From an uncultured Alphaproteobacteria bacterium (GTDB taxonomy: Bacteria; Electryoneota; RPQS01), in contig CAZHAK010000003.1 in the NCBI GenBank assembly GCA_964530625.1, positions 35,476 to 99,475 on the forward strand: DNA of 64,000 nt, read 5' to 3'. The notes beneath the pieces were generated by a model. It did not search any database and was not told the DNA's origin. It worked only from the letters and a program-made list of their open reading frames with translations. The position numbers and the translations under genes are program-made. Shown piece by piece: positions 8,688 to 17,793 of the stretch. Position 1 is the stretch's first letter, and every line of letters begins with the position of its first letter.

Positions 8688-9911
8688 CTATTTCAGCAGC
8701 AGCAGTTTCGTCACCGCAACTTCGCTCTTAGCATTCGACAATCTCGCAAAATAAACCCCGCTGGCAAAACCTTCCGCATTCACCTGCAAACTCCTCCGAA
8801 ACTCAATTCTTCCGCTAAACAATCGCGTCGTCTCCCGCCCGGTCAAGTCATACAAAATCACCTCGTAGATTCCAGATGTCACAACTTCAATCGTCAGCGT
8901 CGTCGTCGCATTAAACGGATTCGGATAAACCGTAATCGCATACTCGTTCGGCAACAACAAGTCAAGATCATCCACAGCCACCCCGTTCGTATCCGGCAGC
9001 GAATCCGGATGCATCGTCAGCCACGGAATAAACAACACACCGTTCCCCACAGGCGTCCCCTGTCCCTCAGGATTTAAGTTCGCATGATTCGGCCCCGTGC
9101 TATCCCCCCACCAATTCTCTCTCACGTCAAAATACGGCCCACTCGACTCCGCCGCGATGCCCGGCTCCAGATATGAGTTATAGCGCGCGTGAATCGTGTC
9201 AACAAAAAGGCCAGACGCATACACGTTAGGCATTGGATCCGGGCCGAGATCTTGAAACGTATTGCCGACGAGATCAACAGAAGCGCCTGCACGTATTCCT
9301 GATGTAAGAATGGACGACCCGTCACGAAACTCATTTTCTTCAATAACTCCGAAGTAACAGTAGGATTGATCCTGCGGAAGCAAACGAATAGCGGTCGTCC
9401 CCTGTGCCGGAGATACTCCGTGATAGTTCAAGAACCTATTCCCGCGGATCGTGATAGGTACTCCCTCTGGCCCGGGGCAATCCATGTTGATTTCTATCAA
9501 ACTGCTCGATCGCTCTATGCCCTCAAAAACGCAATCCTCGATCCGGCAATTGCCCTGCGTGTATGCACGTAGAATCGGAAAAAGGCCATAGCACGGGCCA
9601 AACCGACAGCCAACTACCTCAATATTTGCGCCAACAATGGAAAGCAAGTCCGTTCTATTCTCACTGCAAACAAATGTACAATTGCGTATGGAAGATCCAC
9701 TGAAACAACGCATGAGCCACGTTCCCCGACCGCCGTCGAAAAAACAACGCTCAGCATCAACGGAACCAAAATTGCTGGGGTGAAGACCCAATGTTGTACA
9801 TTTATCAAATACGCAGTCTCGGGCGACAATTCTGTTCCCCCCATAGACTGCCCGCGAAACAGTATCAAAGCGGCAATGCTCAAGACGAAGTAGATTGCCT
9901 TGAAAAAGCAC
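8688..9911 (-). CDS. right-handed parallel beta-helix repeat protein with T9SS C-terminal sorting domain (main body)
   Basis: Repeated beta-helix segments, NWWGDSTGP motif, and a Por-secretion tail ...VYPNPFNATTTLTIEV...GVYFARLSNAKSEVAVTKLLLLK. Confidence 0.8.
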   Translation of the reverse strand: MLFQGNLLRLEHCRFDTVSRAVYGGNRIVARDCVFDKCTTLGLHPSNFGSVDAERCFFDGGRGTWLMRCFSGSSIRNCTFVCSENRTDLLSIVGANIEVVGCRFGPCYGLFPILRAYTQGNCRIEDCVFEGIERSSSLIEINMDCPGPEGVPITIRGNRFLNYHGVSPAQGTTAIRLLPQDQSYCYFGVIEENEFRDGSSILTSGIRAGASVDLVGNTFQDLGPDPMPNVYASGLFVDTIHARYNSYLEPGIAAESSGPYFDVRENWWGDSTGPNHANLNPEGQGTPVGNGVLFIPWLTMHPDSLPDTNGVAVDDLDLLLPNEYAITVYPNPFNATTTLTIEVVTSGIYEVILYDLTGRETTRLFSGRIEFRRSLQVNAEGFASGVYFARLSNAKSEVAVTKLLLLK

Positions 9912-10283
9912 GCCCCTGTGCGCGTGGCGAACCCCTCCTGCCGCATTTCCGGACGGTTGTAAAAAGCAAAATTTCGTATGACTACAGAGTCACCGTAAAA
10001 GATCGCGACGGACGGAGTGTCCGGACCGTCTGGTATCGGATCCAACAGAGTTCTCAACTCAACCAATGTATCTCCCGAATACCAACCGGTAAGAACCAAG
10101 GGATGCTGCGGCCCCGATAAAAACTTATGATACACTCCCGGCGCCACTCGAACCGTGTCTCCCGCCGTCGTGGCTTCAAGCGCGCCTTGAATCGTTGCGT
10201 ACTGCTCTGGTACGGAAAGCGTCTCGCATAACTGAAATACCAAAGACTATGGTGAACAGCAGAATTGTAAATGGCGCTTTCAT
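9905..10283 (-). pseudogene. N-terminal fragments of the same beta-helix gene in two other frames (apparent frameshifts)
   Basis: ATG at 10283 gives the signal peptide MKAPFTILLFTIVFGISV, then a stop after 35 codons. Frame 2 (ORF 9614..10243) carries EQYATIQGALEATTAGDTVRVAPGVY, the typical beta-helix N-terminus. Frame 3 continues as the 8688..9911 ORF. The junctions lie near homopolymer runs at about 10230 and 9905-9915. Confidence 0.55.
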
Positions 10284-10792
10284 CACAGTGTGCAGGGCGT
10301 GGTTGATGGTCCAAAGGAAAGACAGCCGACCGCCACACAGGATGCATTACACTGACTGCAATCTTCTGTGTAAATCGGACAGTTGATCTGGCAGACGTAC
10401 ATGACATATGTGCCGTTTGAGTTCAGAGACACAACTGCGCCGCAGTCGGTTTCGCAGTCGTCAGATGCGCACAAATGCGTATGGCAGTTGGCAATCAGTG
10501 TCTCCGTCGTTCCCTCCAACTTAAAAATATTTACGCAGCTATAGCACTTTTCGCAAACATCCCCGCATGATGTGACAGCGGCGTATAACGCGTAAGTCCC
10601 ATCACAGTCGGGTGAAAACACAGTTCGTGTGCAATCAGTCGTGAGGTACTCATCGCAATCGTCGTTCGATGAACATGTCGCGCCAGTAAAACATATGCAA
10701 TCCGTACACGCCCAACCCTGATCCGTCATCCCCAGACACAAAAAAGCCGCAAGCATCATCGCTGCGGCAATCGTGGAAACTGCTTTCTTCAT
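10283..10792 (-). CDS. small cysteine-rich secreted protein (uncharacterised)
   Basis: Signal peptide MKKAVSTIAAAMMLAAF and AGGAGG 6 nt upstream of the ATG. About 22 Cys in the mature part by my count. Internal duplication around GTYALY...CEKCYSC and GTYVMY...CSQCNASC. The stop TGA overlaps the next ATG (TGATG). Confidence 0.7.
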   Translation of the reverse strand: MKKAVSTIAAAMMLAAFLCLGMTDQGWACTDCICFTGATCSSNDDCDEYLTTDCTRTVFSPDCDGTYALYAAVTSCGDVCEKCYSCVNIFKLEGTTETLIANCHTHLCASDDCETDCGAVVSLNSNGTYVMYVCQINCPIYTEDCSQCNASCVAVGCLSFGPSTTPCTL

Positions 10793-10966
10793 GGCCAGCC
10801 TCCTGAACTAAGGGTTTTCATGGCGCACTGTCCATCAGCGCGCCATCCATCAGCGCACCGTAATTGCTATCAATATACTCTCACAGGTTCACTTTGTTAA
10901 GCATTTTCCCCACTCCCAAAAGTATGGATAAGTCACGCCAAGCCAACTTTCAATAATTCAATCACA

Positions 10967-11593
10967 TCACCTCCGCAGAAGCGCAAACGCAAACTCCCGG
11001 CCGTGCCCTTCCTCGTAAGCTAACTTAATCCACAACATCGCCAACGATTCAAGATGACGAGCCATCGAAAGCGGCCCGGCATCCACCGCGTCAAATCCCA
11101 ATTCATCAGCCAGCAATTTTACCGACGATTTCGCCACCGCGTCACCGCCGCAATACAACATCACACTCTTCTGCTTGCCGTATACCGGATTTGTCATATT
11201 GTTAAACCCGGTCGTGTTGAAACACTTCACCACATGCGCCTGCGGACGGAGCTTTTGCAATTCTTCCGCCCCGGACGTGTCCCCACTGACCGAGAGCCCC
11301 GTCAGCCCCGGCGCGATCGGATTGGTCGCGTCCACCAACACCTTCCTCGGCAACGGCCCGGAATTCGCCAGCACCTTAAGCGCCGCCTCATAAGGAACCG
11401 CCAACACGATAATCTCACCCCATTCCACGGCCTCCTCAATCGTCGAAATCCGCACCGGCTTGTGCTCCTGATCCACGGCGTACTTGTCCGCCGTCGGCTT
11501 CCGCACGCCGTACATCACCTCATGCGGCCCCTCGTTCCAGCGAAAGCCCAGCGCTTTGCCCACGTTGCCCATGCCGATAATCGAGATTTTCAT
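10967..11593 (-). CDS. NADPH-dependent F420 reductase-like / NADP oxidoreductase (F420_oxidored family)
   Basis: Rossmann start MKISIIGMGNVGKALG, with GGAGG upstream of ATG 11593. The ORF-track extension to 11704 is probably not translated. Confidence 0.8.
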   Translation of the reverse strand: MKISIIGMGNVGKALGFRWNEGPHEVMYGVRKPTADKYAVDQEHKPVRISTIEEAVEWGEIIVLAVPYEAALKVLANSGPLPRKVLVDATNPIAPGLTGLSVSGDTSGAEELQKLRPQAHVVKCFNTTGFNNMTNPVYGKQKSVMLYCGGDAVAKSSVKLLADELGFDAVDAGPLSMARHLESLAMLWIKLAYEEGHGREFAFALLRR

Positions 11594-11945
11594 GCCGCAC
11601 CTCCGGAGGGTATGTTCATAGAAAAGAGGGACTTGCTTATACTCTTGAGACGCACTGAGACGGGTAATGGTTCCGCTTTGGAGAAAACCGTTTGCTAATC
11701 TCACCGCCCAGTTTTCTACATTCGCCAGAATGCATGGAGCGAGTTTTCAATTCCTTGCTACGAGAAAAAGTACGTAAATTGTAACAGTGTTACAATTGTC
11801 CAATTTCGCCTGAAGTCTTGCACCATCCCAATTGATTTCGATCAAAGAATTCGTTTGCTTATACTTGGGCAAAGTCACCTTGCAAGCGAAGGGCTCTTGC
11901 CATTTTCGAGTAGAGGCGCAAAAACTAACAAATCGGATAACGTAA

Positions 11946-12740
11946 ATGAAAAAAAAACAGCTTCTTACAGGAATACTAGTGACCTTACTGTCCCTTATGT
12001 GGGGTTGCCAGTTCAGTGAGTCAGATAATGACAAGATTCTAACAAGTGGCAGCGAAAGCAGACGAAGCCAAGCGATGAACCTTGATGATGATTGGGAAAT
12101 AGCAGGCATTGACCACAATCGTGGTATGGTCTTCTTAGACAAATGGCTGGAGACGAATTACGACAGCACATGGTCTCTTTCAACACTTCAACTGCAAGTC
12201 AGATACGCCGCTGAAGAATTTATGGAAGACAGCACTTCGTACGATCTTACTATTGCTAAGTCGGCGATGGACAGAGTCGCAGTTATGGAAATTTCTTTTA
12301 ACTATTTGTCCGCGTGTGTCGATACGCTTATCACAAATGAGTATGTCTCAGCGCTTGAAGAAACATATATCAGGCGACTCCTTAGTTTCGTTTACAAAGA
12401 TTCTTTGAGCACATATAGTTTTCAAGATAGTCTCGATCTGTTTGTTGGTGACGTAAAATGTGTTGAATGGAAAGAAGATGAGATTCTATGCCTTGCTTTT
12501 GCCGCAGTTCTCGTCTACAGTTGGGACTATCAAGTAGCAGGCGGCTGGAACTTCAATCCTGACCCCAATGATCCCATTTTCTGGAACGGAAGAAGAACAG
12601 GTGCAGCCGATCTTGCTGGTGCTGTTGCAGGTGGGCTGATAGGTGCTGCTGGAGGGGGCGCTGGAGCGTTGCCAGGTGCTGTCGGAGGTGGTCTTGGGGC
12701 TTCTGCCGCTGACTGTGTTCTCCAAATGTGTGGATTCTAG
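11946..12740 (+). CDS. lipoprotein with C-terminal glycine-zipper / bacteriocin-like Gly-Ala tail
   Basis: Lipobox LSLMWGC. C-terminus GAADLAGAVAGGLIGAAGGGAGALPGAVGGGLGASAADCVLQMCGF. Confidence 0.65.
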   Translation: MKKKQLLTGILVTLLSLMWGCQFSESDNDKILTSGSESRRSQAMNLDDDWEIAGIDHNRGMVFLDKWLETNYDSTWSLSTLQLQVRYAAEEFMEDSTSYDLTIAKSAMDRVAVMEISFNYLSACVDTLITNEYVSALEETYIRRLLSFVYKDSLSTYSFQDSLDLFVGDVKCVEWKEDEILCLAFAAVLVYSWDYQVAGGWNFNPDPNDPIFWNGRRTGAADLAGAVAGGLIGAAGGGAGALPGAVGGGLGASAADCVLQMCGF

Positions 12741-12753
12741 AGAGGAGTTTCAA

Positions 12754-13062
12754 ATGCAATGGACGGTGATGATTCTTGGCACTCTTTTCGCGTTCTTGGC
12801 AGCAGTCATTGTGCTTAAGCTTTCAAAGCGCTTGGAGAAGAAAATGTCGTATGAGGAATTGAGAAGGGACAGAGACGTGTCCGTTTTCGTCCTAGCATTC
12901 GTCGTTTTTTGGATGGTGATCGTCGCGTGGCGAATTGATCTTAGTTTCCTTGAATATTGGGCGGGAGTTGTTTACGCTGTCGGTTTTGTTTTAGTGTATT
13001 CCGCCGTTCGTTTCCTCTACCGGGTTACTTATCCGTCTATTAAACAAGAGGAAAGCGGATAG
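12754..13062 (+). CDS. small membrane protein with about 3 predicted TM helices
   Basis: ATG 12754 is preceded by agaggag. Hydrophobic segments MILGTLFAFLAAVIVL, VFVLAFVVFWMVIVAW and AGVVYAVGFVLVYSAV. Starts 14 nt after the upstream gene. Confidence 0.6.
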   Translation: MQWTVMILGTLFAFLAAVIVLKLSKRLEKKMSYEELRRDRDVSVFVLAFVVFWMVIVAWRIDLSFLEYWAGVVYAVGFVLVYSAVRFLYRVTYPSIKQEESG

Positions 13063-13095
13063 CCCTGATGTAAGCATAGAGTTACAAGCGTAGAA

Positions 13096-13127
13096 AGCTG
13101 CCCTCATGTCTGAGGGCTGCTTTTTTT
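13096..13127 (+). terminator. intrinsic terminator
   Basis: Hairpin gctgccctc-atgtct-gagggctgc followed by ttttttt. Confidence 0.75.
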
Positions 13128-13209
13128 CGTCCGTGCTCGATTGCTTGCTAATCTCGCTGCCGTGGCGTAACTTTCAGCTTGACAGTTAGAAACTAACGGG
13201 AGAACCCGC

Positions 13210-13761
13210 ATGGGATTTTTCATTTTCTTGGGCCTGCTGGCCGTGGCCGTGATCTGGGTGATTGGCATCTTCAATGGCTTGGTTACCCTGCGCAATCAGG
13301 TCAAAGGAGCCTGGGCACAGATTGACGTCCAGTTGAAGCGCCGCCACGACCTGATCCCCAATTTGGTCGAAGTGGTCAAGGACTACATGTCCTATGAGCA
13401 GGAGACCTTGCAAAAGGTCATCGAAGCCCGCAATGGCGCCATTTCCGCATCAGGCCCTGCCGCCGTCTCGGCTGCTGAAAATCAGGTCACCGGAGCCTTG
13501 CGCCAACTGTTCGCCCTGTTCGAGAGCTATCCCGACTTGAAAGCTAATCAAAATGTGATGAAACTTCAAGAAGAACTGACCTCGACCGAAAATAAAATTG
13601 CCTTCGCGCGGCAATACTACAATGATTCCGTCATGACTTACAACATGAAACAGGAATTGTTCCCCGCCAACCTGATTGCCGCCAACTTGGGCTTCAAGAA
13701 GGAAGAGTACTATCAGGTGCCCGAAGAAGAAAAGCAGAATGTGAAGGTTGACTTGCGGTGA
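13210..13761 (+). CDS. lemA: LemA family protein
   Basis: 183 aa. N-terminal TM helix, then NGLVTLRNQVKGAWAQIDVQLKRRHDLIPNLV, the typical LemA core. Confidence 0.9.
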   Translation: MGFFIFLGLLAVAVIWVIGIFNGLVTLRNQVKGAWAQIDVQLKRRHDLIPNLVEVVKDYMSYEQETLQKVIEARNGAISASGPAAVSAAENQVTGALRQLFALFESYPDLKANQNVMKLQEELTSTENKIAFARQYYNDSVMTYNMKQELFPANLIAANLGFKKEEYYQVPEEEKQNVKVDLR

Positions 13762-14729
13762 GCGACTACCGCCGCGATTTTGCCGCAGAGATTCGCGCCA
13801 ACAAGCGGAAGTCGGTGATCCTGTTCATCGGGCTTCCGCTTTTGCTTTTGCTGTTGTGCTGGGTGATTGGCCGCTCCTATGACTTCGGAAACATCGGTCT
13901 GCCCATCGGTTTTCTGCTCGCGGTGTTCGTCATGCTCATCACCTATTTCCTCGGTGATGATATTGTGCTGGGTTTCACCGGCGCGCGCGAAGCCACATGG
14001 GAGTCCGATCAGGTCCTGTTTAATGTCGTCGATGAAATGCGCATCGCTTCGGGCCTGCCCATGCCGCGTGTCTATGTGATTGATTCCTTCGCGCTGAATG
14101 CTTTTGCGACCGGCTGGAGTCCCGAAGATTCCGCCATCGCCGTCACGCGCGGGATGTTGGAAAATTTAAATCGCGATGAGTTGCAGGGTGTCGTCGCACA
14201 CGAAATGGCACACATCGCAAATCTTGATATCCGTTACATGCTGTTGGTTTCGACTATGGTTGGAGCCATCGCCTTGATTGCCGACGGCTATCGCCGAAGC
14301 CTATGGTACGGCAGCGGCAGAACAGGACGCGCCGCTACCAAAGGAAGCTCACGCGGAGCATTTTTTGTCATCGGCATCGTGCTCTCCATTCTTGCTCCCT
14401 TCGCCGCGCTTGTCATGCAAGCGTCCATCTCCAGAAAGCGCGAGTATCTGGCCGACGCAACCTCCGCCAGACTCACCCGCAATCCGCTTGGACTCGCCGG
14501 CGCGCTCGCCAAAATCGAACAGTCCATGTTCGTCAATCCCCTCCCGTGGATCAACCGCGCAACCGTCCACCTCTTCATCGTCAATCCCCTCCGCAACGAC
14601 GAAATGCAAAAAGGCATCATCTTCTCCACACATCCTCCCACCAAAGACCGCATCCAAAGACTCCGCGCCATGGCCAGTCTGCAAGGCATGATGGGGGCGG
14701 AAGACGGAGCAGCAACGCACTCAGATTAA
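13758..14729 (+). CDS. M48 family zinc metallopeptidase (HtpX-like)
   Basis: HEMAHI zinc motif and multiple TM helices. The GTGA start overlaps the lemA stop. Confidence 0.9.
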   Translation: MSDYRRDFAAEIRANKRKSVILFIGLPLLLLLLCWVIGRSYDFGNIGLPIGFLLAVFVMLITYFLGDDIVLGFTGAREATWESDQVLFNVVDEMRIASGLPMPRVYVIDSFALNAFATGWSPEDSAIAVTRGMLENLNRDELQGVVAHEMAHIANLDIRYMLLVSTMVGAIALIADGYRRSLWYGSGRTGRAATKGSSRGAFFVIGIVLSILAPFAALVMQASISRKREYLADATSARLTRNPLGLAGALAKIEQSMFVNPLPWINRATVHLFIVNPLRNDEMQKGIIFSTHPPTKDRIQRLRAMASLQGMMGAEDGAATHSD

Positions 14730-14731
14730 GT

Positions 14732-14757
14732 ACGGCCACGACATAGTCGTGGCCGCA
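14732..14757. terminator. bidirectional terminator hairpin
   Basis: cggccacgac-ata-gtcgtggccg, located between convergent genes. Confidence 0.65.
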
Positions 14758-14808
14758 TTTGCTTAGTCCGCCGTTGTGGATCTCCGAACCCGTAATAGTA
14801 AGTGATAC

Positions 14809-15300
14809 TTACTTCTTCAACAACTCGTCCAGTTTCTCGAACATCTGAGCCCAGCCTTCGTTGGATCCCATCGCCAGAATCTTGTCGCGCCCTTCGTTCG
14901 TTTCAAATTTCGAAACAATTGTCATCTTGGTTTTATTGCCGTGATCTTCCAGCGTGAGCGTCATCTTGCTGCTCGGAGGAGGGCCACCCGGTCCCCAAAA
15001 CTCTCCGTCAATCACTTTGTCCGTCATCACGAGTTTTTCGATGGGAACAATCTCTTCGAAAATAAAATGGCAAGGATATTCTCCCCCGTCTTCGCCGACC
15101 ATCGTAATCAGAAAATTGCCTTTCAGCTTCAACTCCAAACTGCAATTCTTGTTCGTATAGCCATGCGGCCCCCACCACTGAAGCAAGTGCTCTTTCTTCG
15201 TCCACGCGTCCCACACCAATTGCCGCGGCGCGTCAAACATCCGCGTAAACACAATCTCCCGATCATTGACATCCACCTGCATTTTTGATAATGCGCTCAT
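14809..15300 (-). CDS. SRPBCC domain protein (AHSA1/START-like)
   Basis: 163 aa. VWDAWTKKEHLLQWWGPHG is typical of the Aha1-like SRPBCC family. Last gene of the ArsR operon. Confidence 0.8.
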   Translation of the reverse strand: MSALSKMQVDVNDREIVFTRMFDAPRQLVWDAWTKKEHLLQWWGPHGYTNKNCSLELKLKGNFLITMVGEDGGEYPCHFIFEEIVPIEKLVMTDKVIDGEFWGPGGPPPSSKMTLTLEDHGNKTKMTIVSKFETNEGRDKILAMGSNEGWAQMFEKLDELLKK

Positions 15301-15680
15301 GGCTTCCTCGATACTTTGTTTGCTATTCGCTGTATTTCTTTCGCTTCATTTTCCTGCATCCGCGTCTTCACAATCTTCTTCACCAACCTGACCGGCAATG
15401 GTTTTTCTATCGTGAATTGAATCGTCCCTTTTGATGTCTTGAAACTTGCCAGATCTTCCTTGAAACTTGTATTCAAATTCGCGCTTCCGGTAAACAGACT
15501 CAAGTGAGATTTGAAGGCGGCATAGTGAACTAGGTTGCCTTTATAGAAGACGGTCGGAATGCCGTATGACATCTTCTCTTCCGCTCCTTTTGCTACCGAG
15601 AGAATCGTGGTACGAAGCCTCTCAAGTGCTTCGCGCTGCGCATCCGGCAGAGACTTCAGGTAATGGTCAACGCCGCTCAT
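15297..15680 (-). CDS. DUF1801 (YdhG-like) domain protein
   Basis: 127 aa. 4-nt overlaps with both neighbours. Family assignment is by sequence resemblance. Confidence 0.7.
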   Translation of the reverse strand: MSGVDHYLKSLPDAQREALERLRTTILSVAKGAEEKMSYGIPTVFYKGNLVHYAAFKSHLSLFTGSANLNTSFKEDLASFKTSKGTIQFTIEKPLPVRLVKKIVKTRMQENEAKEIQRIANKVSRKP

Positions 15681-16174
15681 TTCCCTTCAAACGCCCGCTT
15701 AAGCTCAGCGATGTCGAGCTTTTTCATCCCGAGCATTGCTTGCATCGCCCGCGACGACTTCGCTTTGTCTTTGTTGTTGATGATGTTCGCCCACTCCTTC
15801 GGGACAATTTGCCAGGACAAACCATATTTGTCCTTTAACCATCCGCACGCACTTTCTTGGCCACCATGAGCAGTCAAGGTATTCCAGTAGTGATCGATCT
15901 CTTCCTGTGTTTCGCAATCTACCATGATGGAAATGGCTTCGGAAAATTTGAACACCGGGCCGCCGTTCAAGCCCATGAACTTGTGACCGTTCAACTCGAA
16001 CACCACGGTCAACACGCTGCCCTCCGGCATGCCTGAAGCCTTCGATGCAGCCTCATCATAGCGCGAAACATCAAGAATACGCGAATTTGGAAAAATCGAG
16101 ATGTAGTAGTTTGCCGCTTCTTCCGCCGCGGTGTCGAACCAGAGACAGGTTGAGAGAGATACATTGTTATTCAT
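15677..16174 (-). CDS. VOC family protein (PhnB/3-demethylubiquinone-9 3-methyltransferase-like domain)
   Basis: The N-terminus CLWFDTAAEEAANYYISIFPNSRI is characteristic of this VOC subfamily. Confidence 0.8.
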   Translation of the reverse strand: MNNNVSLSTCLWFDTAAEEAANYYISIFPNSRILDVSRYDEAASKASGMPEGSVLTVVFELNGHKFMGLNGGPVFKFSEAISIMVDCETQEEIDHYWNTLTAHGGQESACGWLKDKYGLSWQIVPKEWANIINNKDKAKSSRAMQAMLGMKKLDIAELKRAFEGK

Positions 16175-16532
16175 TTGGTGTCTTGCCTTTCTTGCTTGCA
16201 GCCTGAATCTTTTTCAAATAGTCGTCCAATCTGTCAAATCGCGCCTCCCAAATCTGGCGGTACTGCTCAATCCAGTCCGAGGCTTCCTTCAGAGGCTGAG
16301 CCTCAAGCTTGGCGGGACGCCACTGCGCCTGCCGTGACCGAGATATCAGCCCAGCCTTCTCCAACACTTTCAAGTGTTTCGTCACAGCTGGAGCCGTCAT
16401 TTGAAACGGCTTGGCCAGCTCGTTTACGGACATTTCTCCGCTCGAGAGTTGCGCTAAAATCGCTCGCCGAGTCGGGTCTGAAAGTGCTGAAAATGTTTGA
16501 CTTAATCTATCTTGCATAATTCTGGTTAACAA
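16167..16532 (-). CDS. ArsR/SmtB family transcriptional regulator
   Basis: FSALSDPTRRAILAQLSSGEMSVNELA winged-helix motif. First gene of a 4-gene overlapping operon. Confidence 0.9.
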   Translation of the reverse strand: MLTRIMQDRLSQTFSALSDPTRRAILAQLSSGEMSVNELAKPFQMTAPAVTKHLKVLEKAGLISRSRQAQWRPAKLEAQPLKEASDWIEQYRQIWEARFDRLDDYLKKIQAASKKGKTPNE

Positions 16533-16576
16533 TAAGGTTAATTAACTTATTGGTAATATACAAAACCTAGCTTCGT

Positions 16577-17365
16577 TTGTCAAGTCAAGTTGCGAAGCTC
16601 AAAATTTCTCCCCACTTTGAAGATTATGGCTTGCCACGCTCTCACCTTACCGACCCGACCATGATCCTTGCGACACCTGTCCGGCCCGAAAGCGCCGCGC
16701 TCGAAATTCCCAAATTCAAGCGGCTGCCCAAGCACGTCGCCTTCATTCCCGACGGCAACCGCCGCTGGGCCGTGGATCGCGGCATGAGCAAGGACGAAGG
16801 CTATGCCTACGGCTTGGGACCGGGCTTCGAGCTGTATCATCTGGCCGTCGCGCTCGGAATTGAAGAGCTTTCTGTCTATGGCTTCACGAGCGACAACACC
16901 AAGCGGCCGCCCGAGCAAACCGTCGCCTTTCGCCAAGCCTGCGTCGAAGCGGTCGAAGGACTTTCCAAACTCGACGCGGCTTTGTTAGTCGTCGGCAATG
17001 ACGACTCCCCGCTCTTTCCGTCTGAACTGAAAAAATACCGGACGCGCCAAATCATTGGCGGCGGCATCATCAAAGTAAATTTTTTAGTCAATTATGATTG
17101 GCACTGGGATTTGAACAAAGCTGGGAACCAGAACGGCGGCGGCTCTAGAAAATCTTTCATGGAGAGTATTGGCTCGTCCGAAGTTTCCAGAATCGACTTG
17201 GTGGTGAGGTGGGGAGGACGAAGGAGATTGAGCGGGTTACTGCCGGTGCAGTCGGTCTATTCGGATTTTTTCATACTTAACGAACTTTGGCCCGACTTCG
17301 AACCGGATCATTTCTTCCAAGCTCTTAAGTGGTACGAATCCCAAGACGTAACGCTCGGGGGGTAG
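16577..17365 (+). CDS. isoprenyl transferase (cis-prenyltransferase, UppS family)
   Basis: HVAFIPDGNRRWA, LSVYGFTSDNTKRP and DLVVRWGGRRRLSGLLPVQSVYSDFFILNELWPDF match UppS family motifs. The start may be ATG 16661. Confidence 0.85.
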   Translation: MSSQVAKLKISPHFEDYGLPRSHLTDPTMILATPVRPESAALEIPKFKRLPKHVAFIPDGNRRWAVDRGMSKDEGYAYGLGPGFELYHLAVALGIEELSVYGFTSDNTKRPPEQTVAFRQACVEAVEGLSKLDAALLVVGNDDSPLFPSELKKYRTRQIIGGGIIKVNFLVNYDWHWDLNKAGNQNGGGSRKSFMESIGSSEVSRIDLVVRWGGRRRLSGLLPVQSVYSDFFILNELWPDFEPDHFFQALKWYESQDVTLGG

Positions 17366-17392
17366 GAAGATAATAAGAATAGGGGAATTCAG

Positions 17393-17420
17393 AAACGGCG
17401 GCCATTGGCTGTCGTTTTTC
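17393..17420 (+). terminator. probable intrinsic terminator
   Basis: Imperfect hairpin acggcggcc-att-ggctgtcgt (two G-U pairs) followed by ttttc. Confidence 0.45.
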
Positions 17421-17520
17421 TTTGCGATGTCTGCTAAAATAATAATTCGTTTTCACCCGTTCTGAGTTACTTGAAGTTACTAGCACGACAAATTTCTTGC
17501 TGACCTTCTTTACCCTCGCT

Positions 17521-17589
17521 CCCTGTCGAGCCGGAGGCTCGACCTAGTGTTTTGGGTTTGTCCCTGTCGAGCCGGAGGCTCGACCTAGT
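17521..17589. repeat. two tandem copies of a 28-nt hairpin unit
   Basis: ccctgtcgagccggaggctcgacctagt occurs at 17521-17548 and identically at 17562-17589. Each copy has an 8-bp stem (gtcgagcc/ggctcgac). Confidence 0.9.
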
Positions 17590-17793
17590 AATATTGGGAG
17601 ACACACTTCAGGCCGGTCACGGTTGATCACTCCGCCGGGTTCCTCTGTGGGTGGTTTGGTTGGTTAGCTGTGCATAATATACGACATGAACGGGCGTTTG
17701 TCAAGTGTATTTTGTATTTTATTGGAGCTAGTAAACGTTTGTTCAAGATGGAGTTGAGGAGAAATTTGGATTTTGAGGAGGCTTTCTGGGGTG

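Noticed and set aside
14809-16167. ArsR-VOC-DUF1801-SRPBCC operon as something novel
   Set aside because: This combination of small stress or xenobiotic-binding proteins behind an ArsR regulator is a commonly seen arrangement. Nothing unusual was visible beyond the tight overlaps.
17521-17589. Possible mini-CRISPR (identical 28-nt palindromic repeats)
   Set aside because: There are only two copies with a 13-nt spacer. No cas genes or leader are present. The unit belongs to the dispersed hairpin repeat families.
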